Positions 45,967 to 59,153 of a stretch of DNA of 64,000 bases are shown here, one piece after another. The position numbers and the translations under genes were made by a program. The stretch spans positions 620,001 to 684,000 of the forward strand of contig OZ287072.1 in assembly GCA_965645245.1 (NCBI GenBank), given 5' to 3'. The first letter of the stretch is position 1. Each line of letters opens with the position of its first letter. The notes under the pieces were generated by a model. The model saw nothing but the letters and a program-made list of their open reading frames with translations. It had not been told where the DNA came from and made no database searches. This DNA comes from Massalongia carnosa (taxonomy: Eukaryota).

Positions 45967-48900
45967 TAGGAAAACATAGGATAGGTCGATAAACATATCT
46001 TCGACTGAAAGGAGAGAAATCAACTCGTCCTTGGACCAGAACAAGACCGTATGTTTTCTTTATGTGCTTTAACGGTTCCTAAGCCGTGTAGGAGTGCATC
46101 TCAATGCCGATGGAATTCATAAGAAATTGATGTTTCGGAACGTGCAGATTTCAGGTGCATCTGCTACCACAAATGTCCGAACGAGGCCCATTGTATCCGA
46201 AATCCTCTGCGCTGCCAGGAAGCGGCATCTGCGTCACCGGTGAGTGGGTCGTCGAGGGTGCAGGGTGTGGTCGTTCAAAAAAGAAACATGCGTTGATCAG
46301 TTTTATTGGTATTTTCTTCTTCGGACTCCAATCTAGATGGCGAAGTTTGGCAGCGTCAACTATTTAGATAGCGCTAATCCCCGGGTTTTAGACTTTGTGT
46401 GTGAGAGGCAACTTGTCATCCGGTATGGCCATCCCACCAATCACTAATGATTTTGTGAAATACCAATGCCGAACCACGCAGCCAGTGTGCACTTTTCCTA
46501 AATAGCCGCTAGCAAGGAGCCGGATACCCCTCGAACTTTCGAGCGGCCCCATCCGCTATCTGGTCCAGGTATATTTTTCTCGGTTTTTCATAGACTGTCG
46601 TGGTTATTTTATGTATTCATTTTTAAAATCAGCTCACCATAACTAGACACCCCCTTTGGCAGCAGAGTTAAACGCGGCCGCTAAATTAGCTTCACATCAC
46701 GAAATCAAAAATCAGCTGCGACAATGATTATGATAACGGGGAAAACTTCTTATTTTCAAGAAAATACGTAGTTAAGTTTATAAATATATTAATTGATGAC
46801 ACTGAAACTTTGATACGATTGTGCAAATATTTACATTACAATTTTCGCTAATCTTTTATGCTGGTGCAAAGGGGGTGGTGATTGGTGCGAATAGCGCTCA
46901 AGAAAAACCCCTTTCAGAGAGACGCTGAAACATTGGTAAAACACTGTCAGCGGTTTCGAAATCATGGTTAAATGCAACGTCGCTGGTATGAGATCTCTTT
47001 GCGCGGAAGGCCTCACGGAACGGCCCATGGGTATTCGTGTAAAATGTTACCATGAGAAAGTGAGGGCGAGTACTTCACATTTCACATCTACCTACATTCA
47101 GGTGTTTCCAATACACATCACAGATTTAATATTGGACAAGTGCGGTTTATCGGTCTTGGATTATCTCCTTTAAACGGTTGCTACTTGGTTATATACGCTT
47201 CGTACGTTTCTCCAAGAAACCAATCAGTCAGCCAGGTCCATAAACTGTCATAATCTCGAGAAGAGTCGACCCGTTGGCTTTACGTATGTGCTTGCAGTCA
47301 CGGTATTTTGAAAGTCCAACTCTCAAAGAAAGGACTTGGAGTTTCAGTGAGACAGGCCTTGAGCATCCGACGTGATGCATGCATCATAGTATTCATGAGT
47401 CTGCAGAAAGAAATCAGCTAATGTTTAATGACAAGGTTAGCAGAACGGGATCAAACGCACGGCGATATCGCAAACATTCATGCAAGACTGTGGATGTCGT
47501 TTTAGCAATGGCGCTGGTATGAAGAATGCATATCAAGTGACCTACAGATTTGGGGCACGAGGCATCACAAGGTGGAAACTCGTGGCCTATCGTTGGGTGG
47601 ATCGAGTATTCCGTAGAACGCACATCCTGCAGACTAAAGCAATCAGACATCTTGATTTCCCCGAGCCGGGTATTGAGTCATTACTGGCTTAACGTTGCTC
47701 TTATTAAGGCCCGTGTAGCACCAAATTAACTATATGAGGAAGCGTTAGTTTGCTCACAAGGTTCGACAGTATTTAGCATAATCGCGTACTCCGTCAGCGG
47801 GGACTTCCTCCTATAGACCTGAAGAAAAAGAATCAGATCGAAGGCAAGTTTACGAATGGCTTCGAACACTCAAACCCAGTTGGAAAGGGGTCAGGTAGGC
47901 AAAATCTATAATCATCTCGTGTTTTATCGACAGCAGAAATTTAGATCGAGATTATAATATCCCGAGAAAGGACTCCAGCTGGTATAGCTGTGGCGAGGTT
48001 GACGACGGCAGCTGCAACTGGTAAGTACGAAGCTTTCATCTTGCTGGGTTTGAGCTGGATAATCTTATTTGAGATGGCTAGATGTGAAAGATCTTGAAGT
48101 TGATGGCTGTAAGGATTATTGGGGATTCAGCCGCCTTTTATGCTTCTTGCAGATCACCTATCTAAACCGCCCTACATAACTAATATGTAGTTGATCGAGT
48201 ATGCCGGGAACGATCGCGAATGGTACTCGATGATAGTTAGTATGCCGGGGTTACCAATGGCAGCTACGATGCACGATGGACGGATGCTTAGGCCAAACTG
48301 AGCACACTCCATGAGGTTAAAAGGCATCTACTGATCGCCGATTCCACCCGAGTTACTCTATAGAGCGCTCAAAGCCAGGCTTAAAGTCGATGATGAGTGT
48401 ATCAGTGGCCGAGACATAGCAAGCATGACCTTTTTCCGTAGATGTCATAATTGCCTTATCTCAGCTCGTTCTTCTGAAGTCTGGCATTTTGTGGCTCCTC
48501 CAAGGGTAGGGTATTGGTGGATTCAATACAGAATATAGCAATACCGCATGAGGCGGTACAACAATATAGCTTAGAATCAATGCTTCATGCTCGGGGATCT
48601 AATTATAGTTATGTATGGTAAGCGAGCTGCAGAGTTTGATGGAGGAAGATCGTAGCGTTATTTACGAAGTACTTTGGATGTTAGCCAAGCCGCTACCGCA
48701 GTGAATCAGGTTCAAGGGTACAGAATACAAAATACAGTTACAGGAGTTTTGGGTTGATCGGATATCTGAGCAAAACTACATATAACCAAGGAAGGAGAAA
48801 CTTGTTGGCACACCCATGGTTGTGAAAGATTCGCATCAAGATGCGATGCACTTAAATCCACTGCTCGAGATCTTCCTAAACGCGTTATGGGGGTTTGGTT

Positions 48901-51721
48901 GTACTCAAATTCCATATAGGAGGTGCGGTCTAGTAATCTTCTCAAGACGAATACTCCAACATCTTGGATGCGCTTACTCGCCGCACTCAACTAAACTTAC
49001 AGTGATGACACTCCAGGGGTTGAGTCCATCTCGGCGACTAAAGCCTAGGCCTAAACCTGGATTGATGAATCCGAGCCTGTAATATATTTCAACCAGCAAC
49101 CATGGAATTTAGGGCGTATATAGTCTCCAGAATTTGCCCTGCATAGCACATAAACCAAGATACATATATCTTTCCGATCGCTTTATGCCAGAAAGCGGGA
49201 AAAGACGCAACCGCTACAGAAGCGAAAGCAGGAGACACCGAGACTTTCCGTTGGCACCTCCGAGCACACTGTGGATAATGAAGTTTTCATGAGAGACGCG
49301 ATGCGACATGCTCGATTTCAAAAGCTGGTTGGGAGACCCAAGAAGGCGCCAACAAGACCCAGGGAGAGGGGGGAATCCAACTTTCGTACGAGAGACAAAG
49401 TTTTGACTAGATATCTTTGCACAAACCTTAATAGGACTATTAAGGTCTTTCTTGCAGCGCTATTCAAGTTCTTGATGAAGTGAGGTGCTTTCGCTGTGAT
49501 AATAATGTTGCAGACTCAATTGTAGGTGCGATCTTAAAGACAAGGTGGAGGCATGCCTTCGATTATGGAAATGTCCCCGTTGTGGCATTACTCTGATAAC
49601 TAGAATTTTGGAGGTTATCTATATGTAGAAAGATTAGTTTCAGTTCAAGGGAGTTTCAAAAAGGCAAGAAAGTAAATGCCCATGGAGGGATTGCAATCAA
49701 CAAACTTACCTTCGTCAACCAAAAACTTTTATGAGTAAATATTGCTTACTTCCACAAAGTATCGTAGAGAAATCTGCCTTCATGCCCTTGAGTGATCTAG
49801 TCAGCTGATGGAAATTGAAGTTCTGTCCAGGTATAAGCATTGAGTTGAGGTTTTTATTAGTGACCCAAGATGCCAGCATCAAAAGAAAGATTGACAACGT
49901 TAAAAAGACCAAGCCCCAACTAGAATACTCTGGCCAAGTTCTGGAGCAAAGCATTTATCCTTGTATGTTTTCTCATTTAGCATAGTAGCATCTACATGTA
50001 AAGCTTACCCAAAGCGGCCACGAATACTCCCTTACCGACCAAACCCCCCCAAATTTGCAAGGCAGTTGTCGGATAGGCTCTAAAGCTATTCGGAGACCGC
50101 TCACTAGTAGCTAGAGAATAGTGATGAGCTATTTCAAGCTATCATACTGGTCTCAAAATTAATCTTGTCAATCTGCCCTCTTGCGCACCTTCTGTTGGAG
50201 GGAGAATTGATCACCTTGGTGCATGATACGAATATTTAGAAGGGATAGTTCATTTGTTTACTATCTGCTAGAGATTTTACCTGAACAACTAAAATGCAAG
50301 CTAGCCTAATTGGGTAATCGCAGTCACCAACTGCCTGACAAAATCTAGTTAGACTAACACAGGCACGACAGGCTAACACAGGCTAACATCAACACCTTCT
50401 ACTATTAGAAACTTGCAATCAATATACCTCACTCTTCTCCCAAAAGCGCAAGGCAAACAGAGAAAATAATCAAGCCATAGTAGTAAGTTTAAACGGACTC
50501 TTCGGTTGAGTTTACATGTTTTAGTATGTGAGAGCTTTTGACCGGTGAACATTGAAGCGGACAACCTGCCAAACCGCGCACCCTTCCTAGAGGCCTATGC
50601 AGTTTACAAATGGGTTTCCCTAGGGTATAGCTTTTCTCCAAAGCCCGCGTCTACACATAACTAAAATCCGCAAGGGTTCATCATCGGAAAAACCAAATGC
50701 CGTTGATTCCCAACGGGTGTGATTGCCTTAATAAGCTCTGGCGAATCTCCGTTGCCTTATGCCTCATTACCTCTGTCGTTAAGTGAATTTGCCGCTCTGC
50801 GAGTGCCAACTCTATTTTGACCCTAAACCGCAAAACGTCGCTCATCCGCCTCGACGAAATTTCCCATTATAAATTGAAGAAAATTTGCATTGATTATACT
50901 TCGCTGATGAACCCTAAGAGCGGTCTACCAAAAAAATCCCATCAAATTGCTTTCTACCATGTGGGTTACATAGATTATGAGGCTTTGTAACTCGCCTAAT
51001 TACTGACAGGGTGTTCGTTGCTTAGATAAGATGGATCTTCTGGATGTAGATATACGAGCTAGGCTGAACGGGCGTGAGCGATGAGCTCGTATTAAACATG
51101 GTGGACTGATGATGTGTGGGTAGTTTGGGTATACTGTATACGGTTTCCAAGGAACACGTTCCTTCCGTTCCTTTCGTTCCTCCGCAGCCCACCCCTGAAT
51201 CCACGGTCTGATGGTTATGGAGAAGTACTGCTCCCATATCACACAAAACTATATGTTGATCCCGGGAGATATATTCACTCATACTATAAGAGGAGCTGCG
51301 TATATTCATCACAATTAACCGATAGCACCCTGACCAACAGAAACCCCTGATTTTAGTGGAGCAAATTTGTTTAGATTATCGCAGATGAATTTGACGGTCA
51401 AGGAAAGACTAAGAAAAGGGTTAAATATTTCAAGCCCAACGTATAGCTATACATAGCCTTCAATTCCACACATACTCCCCAGACACCGAGGAAGAGAACT
51501 TGTATGCACCCCGGAAGAATAGGAGGCAGGAATGAAGTATGACTCTTCAGCAACTTTAAACTCGTCTCCAGTCGGATCTGCTAAGAGCTCCCTAATCGTG
51601 CCAAAACACCAACCCAACCGAGTCAGGGTATAGAACCCGACACGTGTTGCATGGCGAATTAAACACTGCATTTGCAGTCGAGAGGCCAAGGGGGCGGTGT
51701 CACGTGTCTGACTTTCGGGGT

Positions 51722-52174
51722 TCAACGGCCACGTCCGTGAATTTCCGGTCCATATCGCCTTCGTTGCTGCACCTGGATGGGCCGATTGATGTAGGCATCT
51801 TCCGATCCGCCACCGATGCCATTGGTAATCATTCTTTCCGCCGCTTGCTGTTCGTACTGCTTTGACAAATTCCGCAAATCATCGATTTGCGACTGGACCA
51901 AAAAAAAAAGCGAAGTCAGATATAAATGTGTGCAAAAGCGGCAACTCGATCCGCAAAAGGAGTCTACCTTTGTCAACGGCCTGCCTGGAGCAATTACTAG
52001 GTAACCTTCCCGCCCTTGATAAGAATACGGCCGGACGGAAGCATAGGGGCCAAGATAGAAATGTATGTGGCTAAATATGATGTGTCGGGAGATTGAATAA
52101 CCAGGCACAAAGTAGCTGCTGCATTCGTCATGGCTTAATGCTGAAGACATTGTGTTGGAGGTGCGGAAAGACAT
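51722..52174 (-). CDS. Small conserved fungal protein, RfeG-like domain; in-frame intron 51893-51967
   Basis: YFVPGYSISRHII..YLGPYASVRPYSYQGREGYLV..PLTK|SQIDDL resembles the conserved RfeG-type domain; 75-nt GT-AG intron. Confidence 0.7.
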   Translation of the reverse strand: MSFRTSNTMSSALSHDECSSYFVPGYSISRHIIFSHIHFYLGPYASVRPYSYQGREGYLVIAPGRPLTKVDSFCGSSCRFCTHLYLTSLFFLVQSQIDDLRNLSKQYEQQAAERMITNGIGGGSEDAYINRPIQVQQRRRYGPEIHGRGR

Positions 52175-55100
52175 AGAATAGCGATATCTAATCCACCAAC
52201 AGCGGATTCAGGCAGGTTATAATCAATCATCATAGCATTGCAATCACAGTCGCGACTAACCCGCTTAGTAACACCATTGGATGCCCTGTTTTCAGCCTCA
52301 CATTTGACGTATCTCAAAATGTAGCTGAATAACGCGGATCCCTTTAGAACCGAAGTTTGTAGCCAACGCCCTAAATAATACCACTCGCCTACCTTACCCG
52401 AAGCTGCGAAGCTGCAAAACGCAAAGTTTATATATCTACATTGAACTGAAAGAGTTCCCCTACTTTGGGCAACACTCGGTTAGATCCAACCTCATGCGGT
52501 TAGATTTAACCCGAAAAAGGGAAAATAATGCGGAGAGGACCTCGTTCATGTCTCAAGGTTGGTATATCGCTTTCCGAGGCTGAGGTGAACGAATATTCTG
52601 ATATACCAATGGCTCAAATTGCCCTTCCTCGATTTCCCCCAGTTTTACCATTTCCGTCATAGAAGTATGTCTGACTCGCTACACCAGTGAGGCTATTTAG
52701 TCTCAAGTAGCCTCTTGTCCTGTGCAAATAGAATCTTGCTAGATGGTCGAACACTTCTTTCCTCCATTTATATGATGATCATCATGATTTATATTTGACC
52801 ATCAGTCACCATATGCCGCTAAATTGGAATGCACGGAAGCTGACATGCATTGGTGGTCGAGCGAGCACGGGGCAAAGTGTAGATTCAACTCGCGTCTAGA
52901 TTTCGAAACTCTTTTGGCTGAAGCTATTGCCTTGGTTCTCTTTTTTGAGCAGAATGACAACTTTTCCTACTAGATCGAGAGCTACTCTAAACCTTACTTT
53001 GCAGCATCAGATCTTCTCCAGTCACAACCAAGACTCGATTGCTGAGGATGGGGGTTGGTAAGGTTGGATGTTATTGACAGGTAACAGATCGCATCATACC
53101 TCTTGGAGTACTTGCAGACTCTATAACCTGTTATATCAGAGGCTAGGAGCCTCGAGCGATCTCAACAACTACAAAGTAGTGCTTATATCCATGTCGCCCA
53201 GAAGTGCTCGGTTTTTTTCTTTGGGTTAGTGTACCAAATAAAACGAGCACTTCTGGGCGACTCGAGTAAAGCGCAATGGGACACTTCACTTCGCAGCTAG
53301 GCTGTCATCTAGACTCATCTTGCCCCTTCCTCGCAACTTTATTGGAGCAGGTATACTTTGAGTTTCTTATGCTTATGCGGAGAGATCACGAGCGAGAGAA
53401 GATGGTGTAGGGACGATGTGTCATGTGAGGAATATAGCCCATTTACTAGTGGGAAGGCAACGAATATCAACCCTTTATGGTTGTATTGTTGAAATTGCAA
53501 TCCTGTATGGCGTTCCCGGATGGTTCAATGTCAGAAACAAACAGTTCAGCCCCGACTCGAAAAAGAGGCTGCTATTGATTTACGAGAAATCTTTCCAATA
53601 AGGGTGATTTGATTTGCTCTCATTCTCGCAATTTCCTGGGCGTTGGCCCTTCTCCAGAACATCTCTCAATACAGCGCTAATCCAACAAAGAGAATGGCTA
53701 AGGAATCGAATTTCTCCAGAACACCGCTTATGTTTCCTTTTGACAGCCGGGGATGACACGCGTTTTATTTGAGGCTGATCTCTATAATGTTACGACTGTT
53801 GTATGTTAGCAAAAAGTACGATATTCTTCCTGGAGTCCAACCACCTCATATCCCAACTAAGGGTCTCGAAAAATTTCAGCTCATATCCTACATGTAGGTT
53901 TCTACTAGTTATTATCCCCAGCAACATCGCTTAAGAACTACCTTTGGACAGTGCCACTTCGCTTAGATTTCTCCAGAGCCGGAAAAGTGACCTGAGACAA
54001 TAATGGGTTGAAAGAAAAAGAGTCTCAGGTCGCGGATAGTAGATCAGCTGACGAACCAGTCATGAATATCACAGTGGGGGCATACAGCTATCTCCGTCTT
54101 TGGTCCCTGGACTCTAAGCTCCCCTAGGCTAGAGGCATCTTCTGTACTTTTTAATTTTCAAAGGTGGAAATATCGGGAAGGGTGCTTGGGGCTTTGGTAT
54201 GTGGTTGTGAAAACCTTGCTAAGCAAATTCTTGGGTTAGTTTCAAGTACTAATCTGCTGAGAGGATAATAAGTCTGCGATGAATAGGCAGATCAGGGGTA
54301 CTGGATGCTAGAATCCACAAGCTGGTCATACAGCCATTGTCACAGCTTCGCATACTCTCAGAAGTAATCTAGCTAATTGAACTGGGAACGCGAGCTTCAA
54401 ATCCAGGGTGTAATTCCGATCTAAGATGTTTGCATGCAACATTTTCCATCTTCGAATCCAATTCAACCTTCCGACCTCATCTCTCATCCGCCGAGGAATC
54501 TCCTATAGTACGGGAAAGGCTGTTAATAGACGGACTTGTGGACTTATAAATATGGACTGATCATACCTCTTGGGCAATAGATTAGTGGTTATGTGGAACA
54601 TATTGATCAATAACTCCAGCTGAATTAGACGTTCAGAGTACTTCTTCCACATAAGGCGAGATTTTATTATTCTACTAAAGGGAAAAGGAAAAGTCTTTTC
54701 GTTTCTCTGCTTCTGAGACAAGGATCATCATCTTAAAGAACATATAGAGAGAGGAACAGAAGGAATCGGTACTCGAACGATTGGCTGAGAAACAATCTGC
54801 AAATCCATTACAGTTAAATGTCTTTTTGCACTTGGCATTGAGAGGGTTTGTTATGCTCCCAAGCTTTCCATGGATTTTTAGCATCTTTTTAGAGATAGAT
54901 CAAGTATGTCCTGAGATACTCAAGTTAGTGAGTACCTACCCTGGGAAGGGGTTCCATGTGCTCTCGATCAATTTATCTATCTTCATACTACAATATGAGG
55001 GACCTCACCTTGCAGTTTTTCAATGATGTCCAAGTAATCAAGAAAATTCAATATCTCTTACAGCAGTAAAAAGATCTTGACTTCTCCGATGAAACTCTGA

Positions 55101-57194
55101 CCAGGTTTCACCGTTGGTTATCGAAGAATCTATTATTCTGTTATTTGTATTTCTAGAGTTTTCGGCTGACGTTTCGAAGCTCACGGGAACTGTTAGATGG
55201 TAAGGACTGTTAGACTACCATCATGGGCATCCATCTAGTGCTTATCTTCGGTGATCCTACCACGGGGGCCGAAGTGACCTCCGGGGACCGAAAATCAGTG
55301 GACCAGCTGACTCCCTATGAAAGGGGGTCGCCGGAAAGTCTTCAATGTGACTGCTATATAATGAGTAGATAGCTCACATATAATCCATACCTTCAATGAC
55401 AATCATGCTATTATACCTACAAAGTGAATCTATAATTTCATAGAAACTTCTCTCACTTATAAATAGCTTCGGATGGCTTACAAGGTATCCCGGTATCCCG
55501 GTGGCCTTGTGCCTGGTTTTTTAGCCACAATGGCTCAGGGGCTCGTTCTCACAAAGCCGTATAACGCTGAATATGAGATACGCTCTCGATTTTTTTGGTG
55601 ATAAGGGGGTCGGCTGGGCCACTGACAGCCTGGATCAAGAACACGACTAATGTATGGGTAGTTTGCTGGAATTATTTGGCTTAGAAAAGGCGTTGTCACA
55701 CAAACAGACCTTCTTTGTCTGGTGCGGTTTGTGTTGAAGCTTATCAGCATCACGGATCAGGCTTGCCTGAGTTCATCCAGCTCAAGTGCATGAAAAGGAG
55801 TTTACGTCCTAATTCCCACAACAGTTGACCAACCCTGTATTGATACATGTTTCATCCTCTGAATCATTGTAACGGTCCAGCCCTGTGAGCAACTATCAAT
55901 ATTTATATATTAAAAGTAGAAAGGCGACACATAAAATGGCCGCATCTTGTTGCTTCGCCAGTATCTGTGTTGAGTTCATCTTCACAACTAATAGGGCTTA
56001 GTACCGCGAAACTTAGTTTCACGCTGTGTTATCCATATCACAGGCTTCAGATACCAAACCGTGCTTATTCTATCTTTAGAGGGGTGGGTGGTTTTCGACT
56101 CGAATATCTTGATACCGGGGTTTGGGGCTTGAGAGGTTGATACTGAATATGAATCAGCTCAAAAAAAGGAGGTTTTGTCAAGAGGCTAAGCGTCAGCATC
56201 TACGGATTAGAGCGGAGCTGAATCCAACAGTCGAGAGTAGTACCATAAATATCACCATCCGGAATCGTTGCGACAGGGCTAGAAATCACCGAAGGCGCGG
56301 AGGTTGTGCTGTGCAGGCCATCGTCTAGACGATCATCGTTCAAGAATAAGTTGATCGATAGTTCGAGCGCGGTATCGCCCAAGCTCACGTCTAGAAGAGG
56401 TTTGGTGACTCCTAGATGAATGGCCAAAATACGGAAAAGAAAGCAGCGTATTATGCAGTACGCAAACTCATTAAGTGGGAGAAGAATAACAGCAGAATGG
56501 TATCTTGTTTCTATTGGCTAATCGCAACAAAGCTTCCTTCCATAACTCGAGGATCCATAGATGCACTCATCGAGTATCATGCCAGTCCACCCTTCATTAA
56601 AACCACAAGCCTCCGCGAACCTGAGGCAGCATCAAGCCCGGTCACTGACGGTGACATCACCTGTTTACTGTCATTAGGTACATATTTTTGGACTCTCCAA
56701 ACCCAATAAGGGCGATCTCCGTTGAATATTGTTTTCAGCTCCCAATGATAGCCGCCTTAGAACCTGATTGAACTTAGCCAATAACATAAGCTAATTCTTG
56801 GGCTGGTAGAAAGAGACTGGAGTTCAATTCCATAGAGGTTGTTTTCTTGCAGCCGGACATCGGGATTGTATGTCAGAATTGGATGTCTGACATGCTCGCA
56901 AATAGGTAGAGCGGACAGTAAGCTTGCAGAGTGTGCATAAAACACAGGGAATCAGATCAAAGCAATCAAGCCATGGATTCCGTCCGTTATCCAATCAAGA
57001 CTATGATTCTAACCGAAGACAGCCGATTTCTACGCAATAGAATATGTAAGATCTCGAGGCTCGATCTTCATCCATGCTAAGCAAGAGATGTGTCATACAG
57101 AGTCGGTCCAGCCTTGTCTAGATCTCCAATCAGTTTCTCTGCGTTAGGCATCTCATCACCATTCCATTCGCCACCGTCCTCAAAATCGGTCCCT

Positions 57195-57629
57195 TCAGCT
57201 CCCCCGATACGTCGTGTAGCTCCACGGCCCCAGTAGCAACGGCACATGATAATGCCCGCCCCCCTTCTCCTCCACAAAGAATTTTACCTCCACCTCCGGG
57301 AAAAATGTATTCCCCTCCCCAAAGTACTCGCCGGTCGCAAATTTCAAACTCCACACCATCCTGCCTTCATGTAGCTTTTGGAAAATCTCGGCAAGGGGTG
57401 GGCCAGCCTGCGCGTCCCAGGTCGCGATGCGGCCGTCCGCGGATGTGCGAGCGGTAAAGAGCACGGTCGGGCTACTAGGGCGGAGGAGGGTGAGAGTGAC
57501 TAAGACGGAGGCGGCGGGAAGGCCGGTGGTTTGGTCGAGGATGTGGCAGGTTATTGGGTCCCGGTGTGGGGGAGGGGGAGAAGGATTGTTGATGGGTCCG
57601 GGACCAACGAGAGGAGCGGGTTCACTCAT
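57195..57629 (-). CDS. 5-hydroxyisourate hydrolase (transthyretin-like)
   Basis: PITCHILD..GLPA, DGRI, FFPEV and the HYHVPLLLGPWSYTTYRGS* signature. Confidence 0.96.
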   Translation of the reverse strand: MSEPAPLVGPGPINNPSPPPPHRDPITCHILDQTTGLPAASVLVTLTLLRPSSPTVLFTARTSADGRIATWDAQAGPPLAEIFQKLHEGRMVWSLKFATGEYFGEGNTFFPEVEVKFFVEEKGGGHYHVPLLLGPWSYTTYRGS

Positions 57630-57901
57630 GGTGTACCTAGTTTTGCGAGAGTAGCGGGAAACTCGTCATGTCTGACTCTGTTGTTCAATGTCAGTAAGGT
57701 TGTGAGGCAGCCAAGGTACTCATCAAGTTTGTTGTGAGGACTCAAAGAGACGGTTCTGTAGATAGGTACCCGAAAAATTGACACCAGGCCATCCCCCGGA
57801 TCAACCTCGCCTACGTCATCGGAAACCTGTTTCCGCTTATACGATTACTTGTTGCCTCAGAAACAATCTCACCGCCACCCCTTCTCCCACAAAACCCGAC
57901 C

Positions 57902-59153
57902 ATGGCAACCAGCACAACCATCGACTCCGATGACCCCCTCGACCCCACCCTCCAAAGCATCATCTCCCAAAAAACTCTCCGCTGGATCTTCGTCGGCGGA
58001 AAAGGCGGCGTTGGGAAAACGACAACCTCATGCTCGCTCGCCATCCAGCTCGCGCGCGTACGCAAATCCGTGCTGCTCATCTCCACAGATCCCGCGCACA
58101 ACTTGAGTGACGCATTCAGTCAGAAGTTCGGCAAGGATGCGCGGCTGATCGATGGGTTCACGAATTTGAGCGCCATGGAGATTGACCCGAACGGGAGCAT
58201 TCAGGATCTGTTGCGTGAGGGGGGGGAGGGGGCGGAGGAGGCGATGGCAATGGGAGGGGTGGGGGGAATGATGCAGGATTTAGCGTTCAGCGTGAGTGTT
58301 TCTAGTGTTTTCCATGGTGAATTCAATTGCTCTTTTAGACGTATTAAATGGAGACTCTTCGGGGATAGACCACGATATGGGGGGTTCGAACTGATCACTG
58401 ACAATTCTCCTCTCACCCACCTAGATCCCCGGTGTGGACGAAGCCATGTCCTTCGCGGAAGTGCTCAAGCAAGTGAAATCCCTCTCCTACGAAACCATCA
58501 TCTTCGACACCGCGCCGACCGGCCACACATTGCGCTTCCTCCAGTTCCCCACCGTGTTGGAGAAAGCGCTGGCGAAACTCTCGCAGCTCTCGACGCAGTT
58601 TGGCCCCATGCTCAACGGGGTCATCGGCGCGCGCGGTGGCCTCCCTGGCGGTCAGAGCCTGGACGAGATCCTGCAGAAGATGGAGGCCCTGCGCGAAACC
58701 ATTGGCGAGGTGAACGCCCAGTTCCAGGACGCCGATATGACCACCTTCGTGTGCGTCTGCATCGCCGAGTTCCTGTCGCTGTACGAGACCGAGCGCATGA
58801 TCCAGGAGCTGGCCTCGTATCACATCGACACCCACGCCATTGTCGTCAATCAGCTGCTGTTCCCCAAGAAGAGCAACGAGTGCGAGCAGTGCAATGCGCG
58901 GCGGCGCATGCAGCGGAAGTATCTGGAGCAAATTGAGGAGTTGTACGATGAGTTTAATGTAGTGAAGATCCCGCTCTTGGTGGAGGAAGTGAGGGGGAAG
59001 GAGAAGCTGGAAAGGTATGATGGTTCCTTTCCTCTTATTCCTCCGCTTCATTCTCCTTTCGAGATCCACCAGCGCTGTCTTTGGGCAATCGTGCTGACTC
59101 TGCAGCACAGCTTCAGCGAAATGCTCATTCACCCTTACGAACCGCCAGAATAA
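57902..59153 (+). CDS. GET3: GET3/ArsA ATPase for tail-anchored protein insertion; exons 57902-58291, 58425-59014, 59111-59153
   Basis: [51 protein letters not shown] and CxxC motifs; canonical introns. Confidence 0.97.

Noticed and set aside
47400..48200. Possible spliced small gene (GT-AG signals near 47895 and 48022)
   Set aside because: No consistent start-to-stop model or recognisable domain could be built.
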